Position numbers and translations under genes: made by a program | Assembly: GCA_000708835.1 (NCBI GenBank) | Contig: DF237418.1 | Span: 9,340-73,339 of the forward strand | Direction: 5' to 3' | Origin: Klebsormidium nitens | Taxonomy: Eukaryota > Plantae > Klebsormidiophyceae | DNA: 64,000 nt | Notes under the pieces: model-generated | Told to the model about the DNA's origin: nothing | Databases searched by the model: none | The model's input: only the letters and a program-made list of their open reading frames with translations | In this document: one piece after another, positions 1-11,217 of the stretch | Position numbering within the stretch: position 1 is the stretch's first letter | Layout of the letters: each line of letters opens with the position of its first letter

Positions 1-5
1 GCAGC

Positions 6-918
6 TTAAAAGCCTGTAGCGGAGTCTGGGAAAGTGGTGACGGAATGCAAAGCCACCACTTCCTCCGCTTCAGTTCCTTCGACTGATCTTTCTGTAAAAC
101 AAAGTCCACAAATGAAGTCAGTTTCTTGTAACAAAATGAAGGCTCAGGTTGCATGAGACTTACACTGACAAAAGCAAGCTGACAAGAAGGTGCTCAAGTA
201 GAGTAGACAGAGAAGTCCAAGATAGGGCTTGCAACGCACTGCACGACCAATGCCGATGGTCCAGCTTGCAACTTACCCCAAAGTGTTCTTCCGCTTCGTC
301 CTTAACATCTGCCCAGCTCATCCACGCAATTTTGCTGAGCGTCTCGAAAGTGAGAGCTGCAAACAGGTATGATTGTAGTTTGTGACCCTTTACAGATTCT
401 GACAGGATTCCAAAGAGTACAATCCCTAGAAGAGTGTATAGTCCAAGGCAGTTTCAGCTGCGGAGTAAATGCTACAGCTTCATCTAAACAAACGCACCGA
501 GCAGATTATGGAAAGGGGGGTCCATACCCAACAAATTTTTTTTTGAACAGGTTCCTTCGAAAAGCAGTAGCCCTGCAGAGCACCCCAAATATCTCTCAGA
601 TGACAAGAAATGTTCAGCAAAACTTCGACACTAGATGCCAATCCCGCTGCTATGGTGTAATTTCTCACCTTCAACACGATCCTTCTTAATGCTCATAAAT
701 CTGGGCTTGCTGGCGCACTCTTCATCGTACCAAACAAGAGGAACGTGTGCATCTGCCCTTCCCCACTCATCACTGCCGAAGTCTAGGACTCTGTTCGCGT
801 TGAGCACCTGAAGCGCCGCGCTGATCGACATGTTTGTGAACTCAGTGGTTAGCTCTTCCAAGTCAACTTCAGCGTCACTATCGCTGCTAACCAAGACGTT
901 TAAGAATGACCGCTTCAT
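6..918 (-). CDS. Tentative small spliced gene of unknown function (candidate exons 918-669, 356-277, 92-6; about 138 aa), divergent from PEX12
   Basis: Open frame MKRSFLNVLVSSDSDAEVDLEELTTEF...KKDRVE ends at a G|GTGAG donor. Phase-compatible exons follow (ALTFETLSKIAWMSWADVKDEAEEHFG|GTAAGT, then KRSVEG...TGF-stop). A candidate 5'UTR intron lies at 1115-982. No family recognised. Confidence 0.3.
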
Positions 919-1072
919 CTGACATTTGCCACGCTTTAGCGCCTTCCAGCATTGACGCAAACTCGAACTGCAATAGAGCGCCTGTAGAACGGATGTGGAT
1001 CTGAGACGAAACGTCGAAAGAAATGTTGTTGTTGCTGATCAACTCGAAACTTTTGCCTGATAATGGTCGCTC

Positions 1073-1088
1073 AAACCCTAACCCTAAA
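1073..1088 (+). promoter_or_regulatory. Telo-box-like element AAACCCTAACCCTAAA upstream of PEX12
   Basis: Sequence match to the plant telo-box (AAACCCTA), about 170 bp upstream of the PEX12 ATG. Confidence 0.35.
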
Positions 1089-1257
1089 CTCAGCAACGCC
1101 TCAGGGATCACATACCGTACTATACCTACCTAGACAGTAGATGCTTGTATGTGCACGCTTTTCCTGGATGTAGGGCGTACGGTGATCCGTCCTTACCCCC
1201 TTTTCTTGACGGCGCTACAGCCAGAGCAAAAGCAGCAATTTCAGCAGAGCAGAGGCC

Positions 1258-4200
1258 ATGCTTTTTCAAGTGGGCGGCGATGGCAGCCGCCCGACATTCT
1301 TCGAGATGTCGGCAACCGAGCATCTGCCCCTGAGCCTGCGGACCGCCATGCAGTATTCGCTTGCAGTAAGGCACTAGCGTTTGCAGCCTCCTCGATAGTT
1401 TTGAGATGAATATCACCCATTGCAATTGAAGTGTTTGAGGGCGTCTTCAGTGCTCTGAAGTGTTGGCTTGCAAAGACTGGCAGGGCTGCTTCTCACTTGA
1501 TCTCAATTGCTATGGAATGAAGAAGTCTGAAAGTTATACCTTCGGTGATGAACCATGCAACGCCTTAACAAACACTGTCAGACTCTGATGGCATAACGTA
1601 TACCACTGCTTTCTGGTGTCGATTGGTGCCTTTGACCCCTCAATCTTGTTTAGTTGTGAAAGCCCTAGAAAGCATGATTGCGATTGGAGGATTGAAGGGT
1701 AGATTTGAATGTTTCAGATGCCACTGATGCTCATTCAAGCTATTCCTGACCCCAGGTCCTGGCTCAGCGCCAGCCGGCTTTGCACAAGGTTCTTGACCAT
1801 GCGGACGAAGCGTTTGCTGTCCTGATGCTCGCTCTAGAGTACCACAGCCTGCGTACGCAAGGTGAGCTCCTAGTCCACTGATAAAAGCATCTAAGTTAGT
1901 TTGATTGGTAAAGCAAGGATGTTGAGTACATGTGTCCAAGATGCTAGAGAGGGGTTAGTTCGGCGCTTTGGACGAAATTGAAAGTCTCGCTGTGAAGGAC
2001 CTGTTTGTGGAGCCGACAGCTGCATGATGTGTTCTTTCCGATGGTTCCATCGGCAAGCACACCGCAAAGTGGAGACATTTTTGCTTCATTCCTTGTTGCC
2101 AGACGCGTCATTTGCGGAAGCTCTGTACGGGTTGAGGAGAACGCCTGCACGCGTCCAGGCGCTGCCACCTGGCCAGCAACGGAACGCCCCCCCTAGTTCT
2201 GGCCTTGGACGGAAACAGCGCCTTCTCTCGTTACTTTTCCTGGTGAGCTGTGGAAACTGCCCAGAGAGGATCTTAAAGCCACACGCAAAGTGTAATGTCT
2301 GCGACACTTGTAGAGGACTCATCTATTGCCACAGCAGCACTCCGCAACAGAGTAGAGGCGTGATGTTTGTCAACAACTCTTTCACTTACAGCAAATCGAT
2401 GCGTCCGCTTCATCTTGATGCTGGACCGTAGGTGAGCAGAAAGTTCGTTCATGTAGGCCGCTTTGCAACCAAGACGCCCGGTATATGTGCGCACGAGCTT
2501 ATCCATCACACGTCCTGTCACGTCAAAGACTGCATGACGCAAGCAGTTGATTCTAGGATATAGATATTAGTGTTAAGCCTCACTGTTGGTCAGCGCAAGC
2601 TGACATGATCCTCTCTTAGACAGCGTTGCGGAGTTTTTCGTGGAGTCCACGGTGTTACAGTGCCCAAGATTTTGGATGTCACCAGAAAGCTGTTGACAGA
2701 AACCGTCAAAGTTGGTGTCCGCCGCCAGAACTACCGAAAGGATTGGTCGTCGAAATTTTGATTGACTCATGGGCCGGTAGTCTTCAACGGTGTGTCTTGA
2801 TCAACCGCTTTCCTTCCAACAGGTCGGACTTCCCTACCTCCGCACAAAGTTTCGGGCGGCGTACTCCGCTGACCGAAGGGGCACCCTCCAGAGCGGAATC
2901 TGGCAAGGAGGCGAAGCCGACGCCAACGGTTTCGCAAACGGGGACGGGAGCACAGACGCCCTTCTAGGCGAGGACCCGTTCGATTCCGAAATAGAAGCGT
3001 CCGAAACGGCTACGCTCGAAACCTGGCAGGGGTGGCGTGTTCGGCTGGGAAAGGCGATGGCGAGGGCCTACCCGCTTATACATACGTCGGTGGAGGGGCT
3101 ATGCTTCGGGTACCAGCTTATGTACCTGCTGGACGTGACAAGGTACTATTCGCCGATGCTGAGGGGGGCGGGCGTTGTCGTGCGGCGATCGACGGGGCAA
3201 GAGCTGGTAAGTCGCATTTGACGTCCTGGTTGTTGGGCTTTAGCGTTCATCCATCCGAAGGTTTGATGGTCGATGGGGCGGGGTCGGTAAAGTTTCTTCG
3301 GATCCACCTACAACCGCTGTAGGTTTCGTCTTGCAAGAACTGGAAAAAGATGTGCCTGACGTTGTGAACGCGTTTACGCGTTTCCAGGAATCCGGAGGAA
3401 GCAGGGAGTCTCCTTGGATAGGGGCGCGATGTCGTCTCCCTTTCATTCGAAATGAATAGAACCGCTTGGACGAACAGTTTGTCCTTTTCGTGAGGTCAAA
3501 TGTTGAGAGGGGTCACGTCATCTGGATCTTTTAGCTTTTGTGACAGATCTTGAACTTTGAGAACTTCGCTACGTCGGTCAGCTGGACGGGAAGAGAAAGA
3601 AGCAATTGGTTAAAGTGTCGCTTCTCGCACTTTTCTCCTTATATGATCATATGCACTTCAAACGATCTCTTCCTTTAACGACGCTTGCCGACACTCCTCG
3701 ACCGCACTCAAGACCGTCTCGAGAAGTTTCCGACCGTTTCCGACAGCAGTGGCTGCTAACCCTCGGTTTACGATCGCCGGGAGTACCGGTTAGCGCCATT
3801 TAGAGGCATCTCAAAAATCTCTTGACCAAGAAAGTCCAAGTATTGACCGTGGGCCCCGTTTCGCCGCAGCTTGCCGCCGCAAAACGGTCGGAAGAGCTGC
3901 GCCGGGGCGAGTTCGGCCGGTTACGAGGCCCCGCGGTTCTTCAGTGGCTCCAGCGCTTCGTCTTCCGAACGGGGTACACGTTCTTGGACTCGTTACGAAA
4001 CGGGCTCATAGTGTCGGTCTTCCTGTTCAAGGTGAGGTGACAGGGCCTATTTCTCGCTTAGTTTCCTTTTGCAGAAGGAAATCACGCTTCTAAAGCTTTG
4101 ACGTAATTTTAGAAGCAGCGTGAGGAGCGCAAAGTTCCTCCCGGTTGCTTGATCGCGGCAGAGATGGATTGAGCGCCGAAGGTGAGACTGCCCTTTCCAC

Positions 4201-5774
4201 CGCCGATGCTTTGAACATCAGACGGTGAACTGGGCGGCTTCAAGGCGACGTCTGCTGTTTTTGTCATGTTCCGGTTTCTGCTGCTCCGTTTCACGGGTCT
4301 ACTATTCACTTGGGCCGAGAGGAAAGAAGCGATAGCCTCTGCCAAGCCAATCTGTAGAAGTAGTCGAGGTTTTTGTCTTCCAAGGTCCAGCGGGGTTGTT
4401 CCTGATCGTCCGCACTAACGCCAAAGTAGTACTGCACGTTCGGTCAAATCTGGCCGCCTGACCGGAGAACCGATCAGGACCGATCGCAGAACCTGCCCGA
4501 TGCGCAGAACTTAGACCCTTCGATGACCCCGAAGTCCTTCATCGCAAGGCCCAAGTTCTGCTATGCCTAGCCAGTCAGTCCGGTCAGAGCCGATCGTAAA
4601 ATATGTCTGAAGGCGTAGGCGCAGATCTTGAGCCGTCCGATGGAGTCACTTTGCGTCATCAAAGGGTCCACGTTCTGCCCGTCGGGCACGTTCTGCGATC
4701 GGTCCCAATCGGTTATCGGGTCAGGCGGCCAGGTTTCACCGAATGTGCAATACTGCCAACGAGGAAAGAGAGATTGCCTAACAGAAAGTGCAGTCTGCTT
4801 TCACAGAGCCATATATGGTTCCGAGGCCAGGGAGAATCCGTCACCGGATGGAACTCCACGCGTGCTCCGATCTGGACCCCTTGCAGCGGAATGAGGAGTT
4901 GCGGGTCTAAGTTCTGTGTTTCAAAGCTTTTGATCTTTAACCGCTTCTTCTAAAGATCATTGACGGTGTCGAATGTTTTCAAGGTCGGGATCGAAACGAC
5001 AAGGCTTTGGCGTAATACTACAAATGAAGCTCAGCGGACATGTCGTTCTTGCAGAGAGAATTGAAACTTGCCAGCCAGGCAGCGAGCAGGCCGAACCCAC
5101 CCAGCGCCGTCCTTGCTGAGTCTCTCTCCTCTTTCCACTCACAGCGTCAGCGAAGCCGACTTTTTCATACTCTTTGACTTGAAATCATACTTTTGCTCAT
5201 GACTTGTCTGTCTGCCGTCATGTACAGATGCTCGAGTGGTGGTACACGTCAGCCGAGCAGCGGGTCAACACGCCGACGATCCTCCCCCCCCCTCCAGCCC
5301 CACCGGCGCCGAAGGCCGCGGAGGGGGGCATTTCACTCCCCCGCGATAAGCACCTGTGCCCGTTATGCCAGCGGCCACGGACGAACCCAGCTATGGCGGC
5401 TTTCTCGGGCTTTGTTTTCTGCTACCCTTGTATATTCCAGTACGTGAATCAGGTAAGGCGCACTTTTTCCAATCTGGAAGGAGGCAAGTTTACTGTGGCT
5501 AGAACCATATGATTTCAAAACCTGGGGTGAATATATCTTCTTGTGTTCCGAGTGAGTTTGGCACAGACAAATGGGGGATGAACTTCTTCTTTTATAAGAT
5601 GACGAGTTTTGGGTTTGCATGACGTATAATGGAGGCGACCTTGCAAGCACAGTGTATCTGCGGAAATGGATCTTTCTAAAAATACTCTCCTTCTGTTTGC
5701 AGTATGAACGTTGTCCGGTTACGTTGATGCCTATGGAAGTTGACAACATCAGGAGACTTTACTTGTCGGCATGA
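1258..5774 (+). CDS. PEX12: Peroxisome biogenesis protein 12 (RING peroxin); exons 1258-1365, 1756-1861, 2103-2242, 2823-3206, 3870-4031, 5228-5452, 5703-5774
   Basis: Spliced translation MLFQVGGDGSRPTFFEMSA...DASFAEALYGLRR...VGLPYLRTK...YQLMYLLD...VFLFKMLEWWYTSAEQR...CPLCQRPRTNPAMAAFSGFVFCYPCIFQYV..YERCPVTL matches plant PEX12 as recalled. All introns are GT-AG with consistent phases. Confidence 0.96.
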
Positions 5775-7243
5775 TGTTTGATTGTAAAGCAGGCTATCTG
5801 GTTCGTTGCAGCGTAACTGTGGCAAAAGTTTCCAAATTCGGCATGGCCATTAGCGGTTCTATTTCCACTGATAAGTATACGATAGAAAAGCATTGAAGGG
5901 GAGTTACATTTCCCCCGGCGCTGCGCAGCATGCATGTTAGGCAGCACTGGGGCGGCACATTTTTTTGACGTGGCCCTGATTTGGGGTCCCCATGCCAATC
6001 TCCAGCCTGTTCAACAACATATAGAGTACATCACCTCTTGCCTGGCCCTGGCATATCAACTTTTCACAGTGTCAATGGTTTGCATATGCGCATATGCTAT
6101 GGAACACCATCCATTGACCTTCTTATGTACGGGATCATAGATGATATGTATGATGCATATGAGTGACATGAGATGCCATGTAATTTTCTTTTAGCCAAGT
6201 GCGCCAAGACGTGACTAGTATGTTATCGACATGTTACCACAACGACCCAAGCTAGACCGCGTGACATATGTACATTGCAGAACACTACAGCTCGCAAATT
6301 ACACAGCCAATATGGTATTTTAGCGCTCGGATTGAAGAAAATAACATATGATCAAGCAGCGGCAAACAACAATATTGAACTGGCCGCGCGACCGTAGCTC
6401 TGCAGCATTGGTCCTTTTCTCCTCCTTTTTCACATCCGCCGAAGCTAGCCAAATCATGCAGTGGCCAAGCTTTTCATGGCATACATGATGAATTGTGTGT
6501 CTCTTCGCCCATGCATGTGATGGAAACGTTGCATCGAGCTCTATTGCAAACGTCGATATTGCTTACACTAGCCCATGACTGGATTTACAGCCACATCCAC
6601 TTTGTTGCTGGGGTCGTTGAAAATTTGAACGTGGAAAGAGACCCCTCTAGGAGACAACTCCAATAACAATAATAACAATACCAATATACAAAGCAGTGGG
6701 CAGCTAGGACTTAGTAGCCCCAGTGCGCTTGAAAGTGGATAGTCTTCCGAAAGGAGATTTGTCAATCTAATGCCGAACCGTACCATTTTCGTAGGATGTG
6801 AACATGCATTAACTTTGTTGGGGGTGTCGGACAGCTGATGTCAGCACGATTTGCCTGGTGAAGATAATAGTGTATTGTCGTCGGGACTAGGCACACAACA
6901 CAGCACAGCAACAACAACGAACCGGCCACCTACTGTCTTCCGGTCGGAGTCTGGAGATACCGTGAACAGTCAACGCAGTACCTATCAGGAGTATCAGGGG
7001 CCAGCCTCCGGGCTCGGCAAGGGCCTGAAGGACCGACCCAGTGCATTCGGAACGAGTCCTGGAAGAATGACACATGACGCGCATCAGCCCGGTGCATCGG
7101 AAGCACCTGCTACGGGCAAGTGGCGTATAGCTTATCGATGCTTTTACGACCAGTTAGGAACGCGACAACATACCTACCGTAAGCATTTACTGCGCTCGAT
7201 CCTTGCGTGGAGCATGAAGACCCAGGTTCCAACTTCCAGGTAC

Positions 7244-7516
7244 CCGTAGTGGCACGACCCTTTCGCACCAAAAATCAGTTGTAAGGCCTTGGTGCGGACA
7301 AATTCGAAAATTATTTCGACCTTGCGAAAAAGCGAACTGGAAGTAAATTACCCAAATGAAGCTCCTGGAATCGCCTAGAAATGGGCTGAAACACTGTAAA
7401 TTTGCCCTTGTGCGAAAAAAAAATATCCCCCAAAATCTTGGTGCGAAATCAGACAGAAAAGGAAAAACAAAACAATTTTCGAAATTGCTTGGTGCGAATG
7501 GGTCGTGCCACTACGG
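7244..7516. mobile_element. 273-bp non-autonomous TIR element (MITE) with CCGTA termini
   Basis: 28-bp TIRs: CCGTAGTGGCACGACCCTTTCGCACCAA (7244-7271) versus the reverse complement of 7489-7516, 27/28 identical. TAC flanks both sides (7241-7243, 7517-7519). Internal TTG(G/T)GCGAA-like repeats. Confidence 0.88.
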
Positions 7517-8049
7517 TACAGTTTTCCGGTACTCGGTACGGTACTGGTTGGTAAAGAAAGGGGGGAAACGCAAGAGTCAAAGTCGGAGCTGTCAGTGTCA
7601 GACTGCATGAATTGGTACATAATGTAGGTACTGGTACCTAGTACCGGTAGGTTGAAATACCAATGCGTATCGACCTTTTTCCGCAATATACACGGTGGTT
7701 CCGATTTTATATTGGAGTTATACGACTAGGTATGTTGAGTTAGCTTTTCCCGGGGGACAGATTTATAAGGTTGGCTGGTAAACCTTTAGGTTTGCAATCC
7801 AGCCCGGGGACCCGAGACTACTCAATCTAGGTTTAGGCCTAACTCCTGCTCTAATTACCGTACAAATGACGACTTCAGATACATCTAGGGGCTAGGTAGT
7901 GCCGAATTAAAACTGATACCTACCCACGGTACCGGGTCGTACGGTACTTGCCGTACGCTGTGCAGCACGCAGGCAACCTCAATTCAGGGGAAGTACCAAT
8001 GACAATGTGGAGGTCTACTCTGTAGTGGTATCCCCGTGGTATCCCTTTG

Positions 8050-8765
8050 CAACCCAGACTCACGGTCCGTATCGAGAAAATCCCTCGTAAAGCCATTTTG
8101 GTTTTACGAGCAAATCGTTCGATGTCCGTAGATCCGTATTGGACAAATTTATCGTATTCGCTAGGGCCGTATTGGAGGATTTGCTCGATACGGAGAATGC
8201 CATATCGAGCAAATTGCTCGATTTTTGGACCGAGGCGCCTAGATCTCCGGTACTTTCAGTGGTCGGTCCCGACGATCTCCGCCGTCGATCCAGGTGACCG
8301 CCGCGACCCACAACATCGGTCCACACAACCGTCAGGATCGCGGTACATAAAGGACGGTACCCCTATGGGTGGTTGGTCGGGGCGGTGGGCGGCTGCAACT
8401 CCCCGGGGACACTGGACACTTCCCCTCTAGACTAGTAGTTTAGGGACCGTGGCACCCGAGAAGCAACCGGGCCCTCCCTGTGACATTAGGGTCTCGCGGG
8501 CAACCGGCGAACAACCGGGCAACTACCTGGGGCAACCGGGCCATTCCCGCCTTAGGGTTACACCACTGCGAGTGACAACCGGGCAAGTACTTTTTGTTTT
8601 AGTGTGTGCCCGGGGCTTTCCAAAAATCGAGACTTTTTCCCAATAGGCGCTACCAGAAAACGAACAATTTGATCGATACCCGGCCGGCCGTATCGAGCAA
8701 TTTGTTCAATATGCTTCCGATGGCTTTACGAGAGGTTTTCTCGATACGGCCGTGAGTCAGGGTTG
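8050..8765. mobile_element. 716-bp non-autonomous TIR element with CAA...TTG ends and 7-bp TSD (P-element-like)
   Basis: About 46-bp TIRs (CAACCCAGACTCACGGTCCGTATCGAGAAAATCCCTCGTAAAGCCAT at 8050-8096 versus the reverse complement of 8720-8765; 3 mismatches, 1 indel). Direct repeat CCCTTTG at 8043-8049 and 8766-8772. Repeated subterminal CCGTATCGAG motifs. Confidence 0.88.
8462..8585 (+). repeat. Five copies of (G/A)CAACCGG(G)C inside the 716-bp element
   Basis: Motif seen near 8463, 8500, 8511, 8532 and 8576. Confidence 0.75.
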
Positions 8766-9927
8766 CCCTTTGAAAGTGGGCCGGACCAAAATTAAAATTA
8801 TGAAAATCATTCAGGTGTTCCGTCATGCAACACTGTCAGCGTTCCTGAACGCTCTCCTGCGAGCCTCCAGGGTGGACGCTGACTTGCCACTTTAATACAA
8901 GGGCCAGCAAACGGAGATCAGCATTGAGCACGCTTGGGCCTTAGGTGACAGCTGGGCAGCTAGAGATTGGCGTGCAACTTGGAATCTGCAAAGCAGAGGA
9001 ATGTGTTTTTGTTGAGACGTGCTAGCGGCGCAACAGCATGCGAGAAGCCTTGTAAAACTAGACTCGCACCTCGCGCAATTTTCTGGAAAAAGGTAGGTTC
9101 TGACTGCATCATTCTTGCCCTCTTTCTACCTCTGGTCCAATCAACAGTATGCCGAGTGTGTGTGCAACTGTCCTCCGCATCTTCTGGCAGCCTTGCTGAC
9201 GATTTTGTTTTCGTAATGATGGTTCAAATGGCGGTTCCCATAAGGTCCAAGGTTGGAGTGCTTAGACAAGCCACTCATTTTTACTCTTGTATGGAAGGAT
9301 CCTGCAGGCTGCACAAAGACCACACTAAATGCTACAGCTCAAGAACTCTGAAAACTAAAAGGCTGAGACGTCTGAATCCGGTGAAATTTTACTTTTCCTT
9401 CTCATCTGTCCTGGGTTTCCTCTGCGCTTTAGGTGCTCGAAAGAGCAGCACAGAAAGCTCCCTCTGGATCCCAGTGCAGCTTTGATGGGCCTCTCAAGAG
9501 TTGCTGGGCTCTAGAGGAATCTACACAGCTTGTAATATTGGTGTGTAGGAGTGCAACCTATGACTGCCCAAGTTGGTCAATAGTGCCCTTAAGAGGGCCA
9601 TTTTACTTGCTGTTGCTGCGAGTGCTTTTTAGTCATGCAGTTGTGAAGATGCAAGCTGGGCTGAACCCTGCCAATTCTGATGTGGTGATGCGGAGGAGAC
9701 ACAGGAGGCCCTTTCTATGACACTCAGCATATTCAGTTTTCTAACACCAGGACTTTAAGAAGCCAAATGACTACAGTGATGACCAACCATCAGTGTTGCT
9801 TCAACCTTCATTCTGCATCACCAGAGGCTTTTGTATAAGCATCAAGAAAGCACCAGCAGGAAAGGAGAAATTAGCCGCAAGGGACTTTGCTGAAGGTCCC
9901 CGTATGTGCACCATCTTGACGCATTGT

Positions 9928-10387
9928 GCGTACCTGCTTCAAGTACACTCTTGGTGGAGAGATCGTGGTCTGGGGACAGTTTAGGTCTGGAAATAATTTC
10001 AGGTTGAGGTTTATTCTTGTATGACCCGAAGCTTCTGGTTTGCGGCCTGGATTTTGTGAAGCAAGGGTGAATGGAGTGCTCCCTTCTGGTGGTTGTTGTT
10101 CCAGCTTACAACTTCTGAGTCAGGTCTTTTCCGGTTAGGCCTCTCTTAGCACATTTTGCCAGAGCTTTTTGGCACATTCTGACAGCTGACATTGTTATGC
10201 AAAATGTCGTGCTGAGAAGAGTCATACAAGGGTTAGACGGGGGTTTTTAGGTGTGTCTGTTCTTACCACCATAATACAGCAGCGTCCGAATTTATGCGGT
10301 CTTGCTGGTCCTTCAGGAAGCTCAGCCATACGTATGGATTGAGGACTCGTGCAATCCCCAAACGTTCAACGATCTGTGCCCCAAAAT
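9928..10387 (-). CDS. Possible spliced exons of an unidentified minus-strand gene or pseudogene
   Basis: Three AG/GT-bounded segments join in phase to give FGAQIVERLGIARVLNPYVWLSFLKDQQDRINSDAAVLWC-TTFCITMSAVRMCQKALAKCAKRGLTGKDLTQKL-PQTRSFGSYKNK...SVLEA. Start and stop were not resolved and no family was recognised. Confidence 0.22.
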
Positions 10388-11217
10388 CTGGTTTTTAAAT
10401 AGAATGTGAAACAGCTGAAGTACGACGTTGGCCAGACCGGCCATGGGAGAAGTCTGGTAACATCGTAAGCCTTTGCTTGAAGCAGTTTTTCAACGAACCT
10501 GACAAACGCTGTGAGAAACCCTTACCCGGTCTGAGCCAAAGCCTCTGTAGATGATTTTTGCCAAAGGTAGTCACTTGTGAATGCAAGTTCCAAGTTGGCC
10601 CACAGTCCATGAAGGGATTCCTCTAATGTTCCACGCTTCACTCTGCCAGTTGCCTGTTGCTGCCTTGTATGCCTTGCACACTAGGCATTGGCGTGCTCCA
10701 TTAGGATTCAAAGTGAAATCGGTGCCAGCTTTGAAGCAGTCAGATCATACCCCCCCACACTCCTCCGCGGATATCCTTGTCGCCTGTTGCTCCTGGGATG
10801 GGTCCAGGAGCACCAGCCCTGAACTAGCATCATTATAGAGACCTTCTCACTTTTCATGGCGCCATCTTGGAGCGTCATCTTTGTCCACCTGAATGTTAAC
10901 TAGCATTGCCGCCCCCCAGGCTACTTGAAAAGCAGGGGGTGCCTGGCAAGCTGCAGCCTCTGTTGCTGATCACCCCCATCATGCTCCATTGCAGCTAGCT
11001 CCAGTCAGTTTTTGGCCCACACTTGACCAGCAAAGACTCTGCCAGTCTGCTTCCATCTCTGCAACAAATGGATATGACAAGAAAGGAGAGGTTACAAAAT
11101 GTACTCACTCCAAAAACGAGCAGTTCAGAAGCAACACCACTCATCACTGCACTGATTTGTTGTGCAGGCTGTCCTGACCAGCCATCTTACCAGTGGTTAT
11201 AGAACCAGTGTTGAGGT

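Noticed and set aside
6851-7249. 132-aa ORF next to the MITE as a possible transposase fragment
   Set aside because: No DDE, RT, integrase or zinc-finger motif is visible, and its stop lies inside the MITE TIR.
7640-7935. Possible third TIR element bounded by GTACCGGTAGGT and ACCTACCCACGGTAC
   Set aside because: The inverted match is short and gapped with no clear TSD, and may arise by chance in a GTAC-rich tract.
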